A stretch of 63,478 nt of DNA, filler included, from Octopus bimaculoides (taxonomy: Eukaryota): assembly GCF_001194135.2 (NCBI RefSeq). It is 8 parts of 7 records of this genome, joined end to end, with 100 filler letters (N's around TTAATTAATTAA, not from the genome) between each part and the next. Parts side by side here need not be neighbours in the genome. Positions count along the whole stretch, not along the records: positions 47,653 to 51,873 come from NC_068987.1; positions 51,974 to 55,177 come from NC_068993.1; positions 55,278 to 59,733 come from NC_068981.1; positions 59,834 to 61,446 come from NW_026439419.1; positions 61,547 to 63,478 come from NW_026378354.1; 3 more parts are not named here. One strand, written 5' to 3'. Shown piece after piece: positions 50,556 through 63,478 of the stretch. Positions within the stretch are counted from its first letter, which is position 1. Each line of letters begins with the position of its first letter. The position numbers and the translations under genes are program-made. Under the pieces are notes generated by a model. That model worked only from the letters and a program-made list of their open reading frames with translations, made no database searches and was not told the DNA's origin.

Positions 50556-50906
50556 CACCATTACATGTGTGTGTGTACGTGTGTGTGTGTGTGTATGCGT
50601 GGATGTATATATATATANNNNNNNNNNNNNNNNNNNNNNNNNNNNNNNNNNNNNNNNNNNNNNNNNNNNNNNNNNNNNNNNNNNNNNNNNNNNNNNNNNN
50701 NNNNNNNNNNNNNNNNNNNNNNNNNNNNNNNNNNNNNNNNNNNNNNNNNNNNNNNNNNNNNNNNNNNNNNNNNNNNNNNNNNNNNNNNNNNNNNNNNNNN
50801 NNNNNNNNNNNNNNNNNNNNNNNNNNNNNNNNNNNNNNNNNNNNNNNNNNNNNNNNNNNNNNNNNNNNNNNNNNNNNNNNNNNNNNNNNNNNNNNNNNNN
50901 NNNNNN

Positions 50907-50955
<49 letters not shown>

Positions 50956-51272
50956 TAATAGTTAAAACGACAAACAGCCATGCAGTTTAATTCATATGAT
51001 CCATCCAAGCGTTCTAATTGCCCGCTCTTCAATTCAAAGTCATCTTTATGACAGTATGTCAATATTTTAATTAACTGCTTTTTTTAATTGTTGTACTTTA
51101 AAATTACGTAATGACATAGCTCTTCAAATTATTCTCAAGTGTCGAAGTTAATTTGAAATGGGTGTTTTGTTTCGAGAAATTATTATGATTGTAGAAGTAG
51201 TGTATACGATGATTTATGATAGTAGTTGTAGTACTAGCAGAAGCAGCAGCAGCAGCAGCAGCAGCAGTAGTT

Positions 51273-51310
<38 letters not shown>

Positions 51311-51817
51311 TGTAGTGGTGTTGATGGTAGGTGGTAGTGGTAGTAGTCGTTGTACTAATAGAATGATGTGAAAAATGGAAGTGGTTTTGTGAAAGGTGAC
51401 CATTGAGTTACTAAATATCACTAAGTGTACAGGGTTAGTGGTGGCGTCGGAATGAATCATTCAGCTCACACGCGCGCGCGCACACATGCAAATACATAGA
51501 GAGAGGGGGAGGTGGTGAGAGAGAGATAAATGCGCATAAGCCTAATTACTAATTATTGAAATCGTTTTAAAAAATGTGGGGCTTACCAACCACATGGTTC
51601 CGAGTTCAATTCCACTGCAACAGAAACTACAAAGCCGTGGCCCAGCAGGAAGGGATACAGCAGGCGTTCTGACTGCGTCCGCACACCGAGGTTTATACCT
51701 ACAGCTTTGAAGGAGGCCAAAGAGCGAAACTTTAAGTCAATCTGTTATTCCATAAATACCATTGCAACTATGAGTTGAGTGCTACTTCCGTTCGTTTGTT
51801 CACTCACGCATGTATAT

Positions 51818-51873
<56 letters not shown>

Positions 51874-53775
51874 NNNNNNNNNNNNNNNNNNNNNNNNNNN
51901 NNNNNNNNNNNNNNNNNTTAATTAATTAANNNNNNNNNNNNNNNNNNNNNNNNNNNNNNNNNNNNNNNNNNNNTATATATATATATATATATGTATGTAA
52001 ACAAATATGTGAGGATATAGCTCTACATATATGTGTGTGTCCACACACACACTCCACGCTCATACACAATCACACAATCACACACACACACACAAATATG
52101 CACTCACACACATTCACACATTCACACACACGCACATACTAGAGGAAAGCCAGAATGAGAAATATGTGCAGTGTGCGTTGCTTTGTTATATATATATATA
52201 TAAGCAAACGCAAGCGAATGCCAAAATAGATAATTTATAAATTTGGACTCTATATAGTGAGATCTTGGGGTCATGGTATATTGTAGAGTTTGGTCCACAC
52301 AGAACGCAAATTCCCGTCTCTCGATCTTCAGATTCTTTTGAAATAGAACAGATATGATCTTTTGAAAAGAACGTTACGATGTAATCGAAACGATATAAGA
52401 AATAGTTGGAGATAAACAACAGCGCTGGACAGCGGAGGCAGAACAAGTGGAAAAATAGACGCGATACAATAGGGGACGAAAAAAAAATGAAGAGACTGAT
52501 ATAGACAGATAGATTAAAAGAAGTAGCGATGGGGCGGAGGCGTGGAATATATATATACATATATAAAAGTACGTATATTATGTATGTATAATGTGAAGTA
52601 GAAGAAAGAGGAGATAACGGTAAATGAAATGAAGACAATTCTTAAACAGAAGATTGGTTTCGTGGAGCTGTGGAGGGCTAGAGGGTAACGGTGGTGGTAT
52701 GTGTGAACTTCAGAAATGGAAATAAAAGCTTGAAGAATGTGTAAATTCCAGAGTCTTATCTCTGGAGATTTCCATCGATATATATATATATATTTATAGA
52801 GGTGTAAAGATATATATATATATATATATATATATANNNNNNNNNNNNNNNNNNNNNNNNNNNNNNNNNNNNNNNNNNNNNNNNNNNNNNNNNNNNNNNN
52901 NNNNNNNNNNNNNNNNNNNNNNNNNNNNNNNNNNNNNNNNNNNNNNNNNNNNNNNNNNNNNNNNNNNNNNNNNNNNNNNNNNNNNNNNNNNNNNNNNNNN
53001 NNNNNNNNNNNNNNNNNNNNNNNNNNNNNNNNNNNNNNNNNNNNNNNNNNNNNNNNNNNNNNNNNNNNNNNNNNNNNNNNNNNNNNNNNNNNNNNNNNNN
53101 NNNNNNNNNNNNNNNNNNNNNNNNNNNNNNNNNNNNNNNNNNNNNNNNNNNNNNNNNNNNNNNNNNNNNNNNNNNNNNNNNNNNNNNNNNNNNNNNNNNN
53201 NNNNNNNNNNNNNNNNNNNNNNNNNNNNNNNNNNNNNNNNNNNNNNNNNNNNNNNNNNNNNNNNNNNNNNNNNNNNNNNNNNNNNNNNNNNNNNNNNNNN
53301 NNNNNNNNNNNNNNNNNNNNNNNNNNNNNNNNNNNNNNNNNNNNNNNNNNNNNNNNNNNNNNNNNNNNNNNNNNNNNNNNNNNNNNNNNNNNNNNNNNNN
53401 NNNNNNNNNNNNNNNNNNNNNNNNNNNNNNNNNNNNNNNNNNNNNNNNNNNNNNNNNNNNNNNNNNNNNNNNNNNNNNNNNNNNNNNNNNNNNNNNNNNN
53501 NNNNNNNNNNNNNNNNNNNNNNNNNNNNNNNNNNNNNNNNNNNNNNNNNNNNNNNNNNNNNNNNNNNNNNNNNNNNNNNNNNNNNNNNNNNNNNNNNNNN
53601 NNNNNNNNNNNNNNNNNNNNNNNNNNNNNNNNNNNNNNNNNNNNNNNNNNNNNNNNNNNNNNNNNNNNNNNNNNNNNNNNNNNNNNNNNNNNNNNNNNNN
53701 NNNNNNNNNNNNNNTATATATATATATATATATATACACATACACAAATAAACACACAAACAAACAAAAACACAC

Positions 53776-53832
<57 letters not shown>

Positions 53833-54354
53833 GTGCATGTTTATATATATGATTGTATGTTTAGCGGAGGGCGTTTCTATCAGCCTGTTATCTATTTACC
53901 TATATCCATTCAAACACTCACACACACACACACATGTATATATCCATATATGCACATACGTACATACGTGTGCACACTCTCTCACACGCATACATATATA
54001 AATATCCAAATATACATATATACATGTATGCATTTATACAATACACACACACACATATACATCTTTACACAAAGCTTGTATCAATGGAGTCTTGCATCGG
54101 TTCTTCCTCACAACAAAGCCCAATGTCAGTGATGTCAATCATCATTTAAGGTGTTGTATTCTTTAGAAATATTCTTTGGTAATGGAACTGAACTGGTGAA
54201 AAAAGCCAGCTGACTCATCTTAGCGATCAGACAATGGTTACCGGACGTAAAGCCTAAGATTTCCCCACCAAAAACATCGAAACTGCTTTTGTGTCTTACT
54301 TAAACAATACGCTCACAAGTTTTTCAATTGTTTCCTAAAGTGGAAACCGGTCAG

Positions 54355-54388
<34 letters not shown>

Positions 54389-54613
54389 CTGTTTGTTCTT
54401 GTAGAAAAGGGAAATATGATTCGGATGGTTGTGAAGATTTCCGCGTGCTTCGTACACACATACGCAAACACGCAAACACGGATACAGACACACACACACA
54501 CACACACACAAACACATACATATGTGTTCGTACATATATATATGCGTGTGTGTATATGTATGTATATTCATATATATATATACATGTACGTACATACACT
54601 TACACATACATAA

Positions 54614-54723
<110 letters not shown>

Positions 54724-55132
54724 GTATGCATTTATATCGTTCGCTATATGATTGATTTCTATGGACTTCATCAAGAAGAAGGAAGATGAGGAGGAGGAAG
54801 AGGAAGAGGTGGTGCACAGAAGAATGTGACATCTTGTGTGTGTGTATGTGTGTGCGTGCATGCCTGAGAGTCCATGTGTTTGCGCTCATAGACAGGGGCA
54901 CACTTACGTATAGAGAGGCCTCTAAAGACAAGTGACAGACTTTTAGGAAAAGTACTGGGGTGAGTGTATTCGACGAAACCCTCCAAGGCGGTGCCCCAGC
55001 ATGGCCGCAACTTAATGACTGAAACAAGTTAAATTATAAAAGATGAAAAAATTAAAAACGAATACATATGTATATATGTATATATATAAAGACGAATACT
55101 TATATGTACATATAAATATGCATCTCTCTCTC

Positions 55133-55177
<45 letters not shown>

Positions 55178-55299
55178 NNNNNNNNNNNNNNNNNNNNNNN
55201 NNNNNNNNNNNNNNNNNNNNNTTAATTAATTAANNNNNNNNNNNNNNNNNNNNNNNNNNNNNNNNNNNNNNNNNNNNATATATATATATATATATACCC

Positions 55300-55820
55300 C
55301 CACTTTCGGCCTGGCCTACACCCTACCCTTGCTTTCCCCACTCTCGCTTCCTCACCTACCAACACCATCACACCACACCACACACCACACCACTACACCA
55401 TACCATACAACACATCACATCACAACGCAACACCAAGCACACACCAGCACTGACCAATTCCCAGCCCCACATTTTCACACCTACACATGCACACACGCAC
55501 ACGTCAAGATCACAAGCCCTCTTCCACACGCACATGCGTACTCTCTTATACACACGCATGCGCACCTTCGTTTTGGGATCACCACTACTTTATTATATCC
55601 CCTTCTTCCTAGCTCTCCTGTGAGACCCTTCTGTCCGGCATTCGCCATGATAGATCGCTAGCAACTACACATTTTTTTCTCTCCTTGTTTCTTTCTGTGT
55701 TCCTTTCTGTGGAAGAGCGTAGGCTCGAAACGTTAAAGACTGTTTCACTTATCGAGCGTTATACTAATACATCTGTTTGTTGTCTACACTACTTGTCTTC
55801 GTCTTTTGTTCCTTTTTTTT
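55300..55820 (+). mobile_element. Penelope-like element 3'/pseudo-LTR region
   Basis: Homologous to 14040-14315 plus 14736-14872, which follow a PLE endonuclease end. Confidence 0.65.
55703..55738 (+). ncRNA. Minimal type-I hammerhead-ribozyme-like motif (variant core)
   Basis: CTTT-CTGTGGA-A-GAGC-GTAG-GCTC-GAAAC-GTT-AAAG: stem I, 4-bp stem II, palindromic AACGTT stem III; A6 replaced by U. Confidence 0.5.
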
Positions 55821-55840
55821 TTTGTGAATTCTCCCTATAC

Positions 55841-55889
<49 letters not shown>

Positions 55890-55892
<3 letters not shown>

Positions 55893-56396
55893 GTGCAGGA
55901 GTGGCTGTGTAGTAAGTAGCTTGCTTACCAATCACATAGTTCCGGGTTCATTCNNNNNNNNNNNNNNNNNNNNNNNNNNNNNNNNNNNNNNNNNNNNNNN
56001 NNNNNNNNNNNNNNNNNNNNNNNNNNNNNNNNNNNNNNNNNNNNNNNNNNNNNNNNNNNNNNNNNNNNAAAGCCTTCTGAGTGGATTTAGCAGACGGAAA
56101 CTGAAAGAAGCCCGTCGTATGTATGTGTGTGTGTGTGTGTGTGCATGTGTGTGTGTGTGCATGTGTGTGTGTGTGTGTGTGCGTGTGTGTGCTTGTTTGT
56201 CCTCCCACCATTGCTTGACACCCGATGCAGGTGCGCTTACGTCTCCGTAACTTAACGGTTCGGCAAAATGAAACGATGGAATAAGCACTAGGGTCACAAA
56301 GAATTAAGTCCTGGGTTCGATTTACTCGACTGAAGGCCGTGCTCCAGCATAACCGCAGTCAAATGATTGAAACAAGTAAAAGAATAAAAGAATAAA
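55890..56396 (+). mobile_element. SINE family A (contains a gap)
   Basis: Head, body and tail all recognisable. Confidence 0.9.
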
Positions 56397-56430
56397 ACAT
56401 GTATATACACACACACTCATATACACATAC

Positions 56431-56848
56431 CTTTTATCTTTCTTTTATTGGTCTCAATTGGGCCGCGGCCATGCTGGAGCACCGTCTTGGAAGGTTTTAG
56501 TCGAACAAATTAATACCAGGACTTAATTTCTTTTAAGCCGAGTATCTATTCAATCGGCTTCTTTTGCGAACCTCTAAGTTACAGGAAAGTAAACAAGTCG
56601 ATACCAGTTTCAAGCTGCGAGTGAGAGGCAAATACAAACACACATACACGCACTAACATACGCATACGCGCGCGCGCACTCACATACACACACACATGCA
56701 CACAAACATATATGTGTGGGGGGCTTCTTTCAATCGCCGTCTACCAAATCCATCCAAAGCCTTTTGATTGGTCCGGGTCTATAATATAAGTGACTTGCCA
56801 ATGGTATCATGCAGTGTGTGGAACTGAACCGGAAGCATGTGGTTGAGT
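56431..56848 (-). mobile_element. Diverged SINE family A, inverted relative to its neighbours
   Basis: CGCGGCCATGCTGGAGCACCG...CCGTCTACCAAATCC...GGAACTGAACCGGAAGCATGTGGTTG. Confidence 0.8.
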
Positions 56849-57085
56849 CCCACTGCACGTGTGGAGGGGGGGGGGGGGGGGGTGCGCGTGTGTGTTTGTA
56901 TTTGTTTGTATTTGTTTGCACCACCTCTTCACAATTGGTATTGGTTTATTTACACCCCTGTAACTTAACGGATCGGCAAAAGAGATTGATAGAATAAGTA
57001 CGGAGTGCATTTTTTCGAGTAAATTCTTCAAGGGGGTGCACCAGTATGGCCGAAGTGTTTTCAATTAAACAAGTAATACGATAAA
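56846..57085 (+). mobile_element. Diverged, deleted SINE family A
   Basis: AGTCCCACTGC start; CCCCTGTAACTTAACGGATCGGCAAAAGAGATTGATAGAATAAGTAC body. Confidence 0.7.
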
Positions 57086-58009
57086 ATGATTATTCGTAAA
57101 CCAAATTCCATCTCCTACGTAATGCACCAGTGCTTTCCAGATTTTTAAGGATAACGAGACGCTTTTCTCTTACTATAAAACAGCAGACGACACACTTGTT
57201 TGATTACAAAAAAGCAGACGACAGATTATAAATAAATTTCCGTAGCATTTAAAGTTTGCAGCCATTAAATAACACGTATTCGCGATTATATCGGTGCGTA
57301 AGCATACGCAGCCAAAACAGAGATTCGAACTAAGAACGTATAGGGTTGTAATTAAATGCCACAGACATTTTGTCCGATGGTTTAATGAAGGTATGGACAA
57401 CCTTTTTCGAGAAACAGGCTGCAAGAAACATGGCTCATTAGTAAGAACATTAAAGGTAAATTTTCGCTGCGCGTGGCGTTCAGAAAGACTCCTTATAGCA
57501 TTGTATGATATAAGGACAAGCTCAAATCTTGTCCTCATATCACACGATGCTCGCTTTCGATTAAAACATAAACTTACATAAAAGAAATAACATAGATATC
57601 AAAGCACCCTCCTCAGGCTATGTTCCCGATATAGAAACCTGTTATGTAGTTTTTCACTATCTGGCAACCTTGATATATATATATATATATATANNNNNNN
57701 NNNNNNNNNNNNNNNNNNNNNNNNNNNNNNNNNNNNNNNNNNNNNNNNNNNNNNNNNNNNNNNNNNNNNNNNNNNNNNNNNNNNNNNNNNNNNNNNNNNA
57801 TATATATATCACAAAACTCTGAATGTGGTCGGAGGAAGTAGGAGGAAAAAATCAGTCTCTAAGAACCGTGAAAGTGAATTGACAGGGAAGCCACCAGTGC
57901 ATAATAAGGGTATTTCGATACACACACACATGTTTATGTATATATGTAAATTCTTTTATTTTATTTGTTTCATTCATTTGACTGCAGCTATGCTGGAGCA
58001 CCACATTAA

Positions 58010-59380
58010 GCCTTTTCAAACAGTTGATATAAATGTACATGCTTTAAATCGATCGACGTAATACTACGCCGCCTGGCTTAGAACTTGTCTCCTGAGTTAG
58101 TACCGGTCCACCTGCCAACTGTTAGGCCGATTAGAAGTTTCATGTAAATATTTAAAACCCGATATCTGGTTCTACCACTCCGGCTCTGTCAGCTTCGTCA
58201 CCGTATCCTGTTTCGTCGAATTTACGGTCGTCGTATCCTGTTTTATCTAATTTACAGTCATCGCGCCAAGCTACACAAAGCTCCACCGCCTCACCACTTT
58301 TTTTTTCCGGTTCGGACAATGATTCGGAGTGTGAGTATTTTCCTAATTCAGAATCAGATGATTCCGATAGCGACGATGATATTCCGGTGAATCAAAGGTA
58401 TAAGCAGGTAGCAGTGAATGGCCCTGAACAACAAAATATCGTATGGCGAGCAAGAGACAATTTCGTCCGACGGTATGCCTGGCATAAAGGCAAACTTTGA
58501 ACATGGAAGTTCGCCACTGAAAATCTTCAATGAGTTTTTGACGGATGAAATGTTCCAATATATAGCAGACGAAACGAATGACTTTGCTGAATAGCCTCCC
58601 CTGCAAATCAGACCGGGCATGGTGGTGATTGGTTCTGCTTGCCTTGCTAATACTGATGGACATCGTGAAGAAACCGACCCTGGCGTCATATTGGAATTGC
58701 AATCCAGCCACGTGGACACCTTTCTTTCCAGAAATGATGCCACGTGATAGATTTTTTGGTGCTTCTTCGAAATCTACATTTTATCTCAGACGAGAACCAG
58801 GATGATAGGCTGCACAAAACACGTCTTATCGTTGACGAAGTGGCTGAAAATTTCAAAACGGTGTATGTCCCCACACAGAACATTTGTACGGACAAGAGTT
58901 AGTGGAAATTCAAGGGAAGGCTCCGATTCAAAAATTACAACCCGACCAAACGTGCCCGCTTTGGAGTTAAGGTTTATAAAGTATGCCAGTCAACTGGCAG
59001 AGCCTGTAGGTACACATGGAATCACAAAATCTACGCTGGTCAGGACAGATTAAATCTTCCAGCGTCTGCTCTAGCGTCAACTGATGTCGTATTGTCGCTG
59101 AATGAAAACTTGTTTATCAAAACTACAATATTTATATGGACAAGTGATTTTCCAGTCCGGATCTTTTCCTGGATCTGCAGGCGAGAAGCCTGTGAGACTG
59201 TGAGGACGCACAGGAAAAGCATGCCGCCTGATCTTCACAAGATAAAACTTCTACAGAGGAAACAACTACTGATGCACCGATAGTGGCATTCTCGCTATAA
59301 TGTGGTGTGACAAAAAAAATTTCGGCTGGTTATTCTCGATATTGCTCCAATCTGGCCAGCCCAAAGGAAAAATTAAGCTA
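58010..59380 (+). mobile_element. piggyBac-superfamily transposon fossil (PGBD4-like transposase, disrupted, 3'-truncated)
   Basis: Acidic N-terminus; SPLKIFNEFLTDEMFQYIADETNDFA; FFPEMMPRDRF; DDRLHKTRLIVDEVAENFKTVYVPTQNICTDKS*WKFKGRLRFKNYNPTKRARFGVKVYKVCQS; YNIYMDK*FSSPDLF; TTAA at 58006-58009 followed by GCCTTTTC. Confidence 0.9.
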
Positions 59381-61737
59381 AGAGCATTAGATTCCTTAGA
59401 AGAAAGTAGCGAATGTATACAAAAACAAGAACGGGCAAAAAACGAACAATGTTACACAAATACAGTAGGAACAATAACGGGACATAACAACAGATGTCTT
59501 TCGGCTAAGGACGAATAAAATTAAGCTGGCGTATATGGAAATAAGGCCTTACAGCCGGGATACAAGATTTCACAGGCACAGGGAGAAATAACGATGTTGC
59601 ACGCACAACGTGCGCCCAAAATAGCAAGGTCAGGCTTGGCCAAACAGCGGTCATGTGAGAAGAGAAGAGAGAGAGGTAGAGGCAGAGCGACAAAAGAATT
59701 AGGGAGGGGCGAGAAAAAATGACAGGGACACAGNNNNNNNNNNNNNNNNNNNNNNNNNNNNNNNNNNNNNNNNNNNNTTAATTAATTAANNNNNNNNNNN
59801 NNNNNNNNNNNNNNNNNNNNNNNNNNNNNNNNNACAACATTCAAAAGAAATGTGAAGACGCTGATTTAAGGAGGGAGGGTAAACCCAGAAGCCACTTGAA
59901 GCGATTTAATCATTTATTGAACCTTAATGCGTGTGTGAATTTATGCATAGGGGCACTTCTTTGAGATCCAAGGTGTGTTGGTGTTTATAAATCACATGCT
60001 TACTGAAATTGGGTAAATAGTTTATGTGCAAAAGAGCGTGTGTATTAAGTAGGCTCATTGTATTCAAGTCTGCGTATTCAATTGGTTTTATTTATGATGA
60101 CTAATGTGGGAATATCTCCAAGTTAGTAACACGATCCCACAAAATTATACAAATACTATATATGATCTTCGTATTCCTGCGCATAGGTAAAACACAAAAT
60201 GATCAGAATTTGAATGGTTTAGGTCATAGGTTTACTCCAACATCTTACTCTGGGATAAACTAAAAAACAAAAACATAACAAACAAAAGATATTAGCTCTT
60301 GGCATGCTATAGATATCAAACAAATCTGTCTCGAACCACATTTGGCTCATTGAAGCTCTCTCCTCATGTTAACATGGTCTCTTTTTTAGAAAAAGATGTG
60401 TGAGATGATGAAATAGTAGATATAATTTCTGGTCAACAGATCTTCTGGATATGTCAGTTTAGTTTCACTCATAGCAACCTATTGTTTTACGTCTTCAACG
60501 ACGAAGACTTCTAACAGGCAAAACAATATTGTAGAAATAGAAGACACATCAAGTAAAAATCACAATTTACCGTCTTATTACAAAACGTATTTCATAATAC
60601 GCATCACAAGTATTCTATAGAGCACATCAGCTGATGATATATTTCACCATCACATAATAGCAGCAGCTATGCGGAAGACATGCATCAATAATCGCTTGGT
60701 CTGCAAATGTTGCTGCCAAATGTCCTTCAGATTCCACTCTAGCGTTTTCAATGTGATAGCATGAATTTGTCGCTCTGTTTCTTTAAGATACGGTTTGATT
60801 TTCTCATTCGCAGCTCACTTCCAAGCGTACATAATTATCAACACTAGAAAAAAATGTTTATGAGATTATAAGCACCATCTTCGTCCTTGTATCGCATTCC
60901 GTCACTCTCCCTTTCCCTCATGCGATTGCATCTTCCCAAAAGTATATTTATAAGTGAGATATCATTTCATTTCCAATGGGTCTTTTGTTTTGTCTTGATT
61001 TTGAAATACCTTCCCAGCCTACTCGTGCGTATTTCAAATATCTATACAAGATATGTTTTCAAAATATTTTATAAAATTCAATAAAGTAGTAGCTCAAACA
61101 TATTCTCTTAAATGTTACGTATTCGGCAGTCACATGCTGAGTCATAAATGGGTGCGTTATTTCTATGATGTTTACATCTATATATGTTCGCATTTGTGAG
61201 TGCGTGTGAATCAATGTTGTGTTACGAGATAAACACAAATCAACTCTCTGCAGATGTGTTCCTTGAAAAGGTAGACAAAGTAAACTCTTTTAAAAATATT
61301 GGAAGTGTTTTATTAACCAAAATGATTGGATGTAATTGACATCGCTCTAAGGTGATATATGCGAGTGAGATGGAAATCCGAAACCATTTATGCTGAAGAG
61401 GTTTAACGTGTGCTATTAGAATGATAAATCTCACAACCAATGTTGANNNNNNNNNNNNNNNNNNNNNNNNNNNNNNNNNNNNNNNNNNNNTTAATTAATT
61501 AANNNNNNNNNNNNNNNNNNNNNNNNNNNNNNNNNNNNNNNNNNNNAGAGAGAGAGAGAGAGAAAGCAATAACAACAATAATAAGTGGTTGCAGGCCTAA
61601 ATTAGCCATTTTCTCAATCCGTTTGCCCGAATACTGTTGTTTTCTGTTGTTATTTTCAGTATTATTATTGACTGTTTGATGAGGGTTTTAACTCTTATAT
61701 CTAGCAGGCTGGTACTTTCGGGTGTCCTTATGACATG

Positions 61738-61773
<36 letters not shown>

Positions 61774-62434
61774 ACGGACATTTTTNNNNNNNNNNNNNNN
61801 NNNNNNNNNNNNNNNNNNNNNNNNNNNNNNNNNNNNNNNNNNNNNNNNNNNNNNNNNNNNNNNNNNNNNNNNNNNNNNNNNNNNNNNNNNNNNNNNNNNN
61901 NNNNNNNNNNNNNNNNNNNNNNNNNNNNNNNNNNNNNNNNNNNNNNNNNNNNNNNNNNNNNNNNNNNNNNNNNNNNNNNNNNNNNNNNNNNNNNNNNNNN
62001 NNNNNNNNNNNNNNNNNNNNNNNNNNNNNNNNNNNNNNNNNNNNNNNNNNNNNNNNNNNNNNNNNNNNNNNNNNNNNNNNNNNNNNNNNNNNNNNNNNNN
62101 NNNNNNNNNNNNNNNNNNNNNNNNNNNNNNNNNNNNNNNNNNNNNNNNNNNNNNNNNNNNNNNNNNNNNNNNNNNNNNNNNNNNNNNNNNNNNNNNNNNN
62201 NNNNNNNNNNNNNNNNNNNNNNNNNNNNNNNNNNNNNNNNNNNNNNNNNNNNNNNNNNNNNNNNNNNNNNNNNNNNNNNNNNNNNNNNNNNNNNNNNNNN
62301 NNNNNNNNNNNNNNNNNNNNNNNNNNNNNNNNNNNNNNNNNNNNNNNNNNNNNNNNNNNNNNNNNNNNNNNNNNNNNNNNNNNNNNNNNNNNNNNNNNNN
62401 NNNNNNNNNNNNNNNNNNNNNNNNNNNNNNNNNN

Positions 62435-62685
62435 TGTGTGTGTGTGTGTGTATTTATATATATTTATGTGTGTGTCTGTGTTTGTCCCCCCTCCCAACAT
62501 CGCTTGACAACCGATGCTGGAGTGTTTACGTCCCCGTAACTTAGCGGTTCGGCAAAAGAGACCGATAGAATAAGTACTAGGCTTCCAAAGAATAAGTCCT
62601 TGGGGTCGATTTGCTCGACTATAAAGGCGGTGCTCCAGCATGGCCGCAGTCAAATGACTGAAACAAGTAAAAGAGTAAAAGAGAG
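62435..62685 (+). mobile_element. Young SINE family A, 3' half (head lost in gap)
   Basis: Near-consensus tail with intact CpGs. Confidence 0.92.
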
Positions 62686-62819
62686 AACGGACGCAAGACT
62701 AAAAAACGTGTGGTCGTACTAACTGCGGAACATGCCCCAATCTTTTGGTCTTACTAAAGAGTAAAACTTCCGGAAAGAGAAACCTGTTTGAGAAAATGAA
62801 ACAATGTGTCTGTCTATTT

Positions 62820-62828
62820 ATCCATCCG

Positions 62829-62896
<68 letters not shown>

Positions 62897-62916
62897 CCTA
62901 TCTATCTATCTATCTG

Positions 62917-62981
<65 letters not shown>

Positions 62982-63010
62982 TGATCTATACATTTATCCA
63001 TCTATCTATT
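62820..63010. repeat. (TCTA)n microsatellite
   Basis: Direct inspection. Confidence 0.97.
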
Positions 63011-63110
63011 TGACTGCACGTCATCTGTCTGTCTCTCAGACTCTCTCACTCTCTCTATCTGTCTATATATATATATATATCTGTTCATTTACCCATCTAT
63101 CTGTCTCACC

Positions 63111-63144
<34 letters not shown>

Positions 63145-63427
63145 CCTCTATCTATTTATCTCTATGTGCGTGTGTCTGTGTGTGCTAGCATCTGTGTTCA
63201 ATTAATCCGAGGGAGTAATTGCACATCCCAATTTGAGAACTCTTACACCAGTTCATTTTGCCTGTATGATAGATGCAGATATCATGAAACTATTTCCTGT
63301 ACAGAGTAGCCAAATTTATGGAACCGGTGTTGCCTTGAAAGAGATGCACCTGCATCTGATTTACAGCACGCCATTCCATTCGGGAATTCTACAGCTTCAC
63401 TGTTAATACCGTATATATACATAATAT

Positions 63428-63478
<51 letters not shown>

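Noticed and set aside
57173-57581. Overlapping 95-121 aa ORFs on both strands
   Set aside because: No recognisable domain, splice context or TE motif
58300-59380. Domesticated PGBD host gene
   Set aside because: Multiple in-frame stops and frameshifts, altered catalytic motif and truncation

Overview
Eukaryotic, gap-rich, repeat-dominated genomic DNA. The microsatellite load and the SINE/RTE families point to an octopod cephalopod (Octopus-like; inferred, not database-confirmed). Nearly all long ORFs in the supplied track are microsatellite or N-gap artefacts. Supported content: (1) many copies of three tRNA-derived SINE families (A, B = CORE-like, C = Meta-domain-like); (2) decayed non-LTR retrotransposons: RTE clade (5 fragments), R4/Dong-like (2), Penelope-like (3 loci, two with hammerhead-ribozyme-like motifs; one has an RTE nested inside it); (3) DNA transposon relics: a piggyBac transposase fossil, a piggyBac-type and a hAT-type MITE with target-site duplications, a Tc1/mariner remnant and a long-TIR element; (4) a few small candidate exons, best a minus-strand terminal coding exon at 551-695, of host gene(s) I cannot name; (5) a CpG-poor domain at about 0.4-20 kb next to CpG-normal DNA beyond about 22 kb, consistent with gene-body methylation. 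No tRNA, rRNA, CRISPR array or intact TE ORF was found. I do not see a convincing novel multi-gene system. The best leads are the variant hammerhead-like motifs, the methylation-footprint boundary around an unidentified gene, and SINE-borne microsatellite seeding. Seven gaps contain an artificial TTAATTAATTAA linker, so contiguity across them is unverified.
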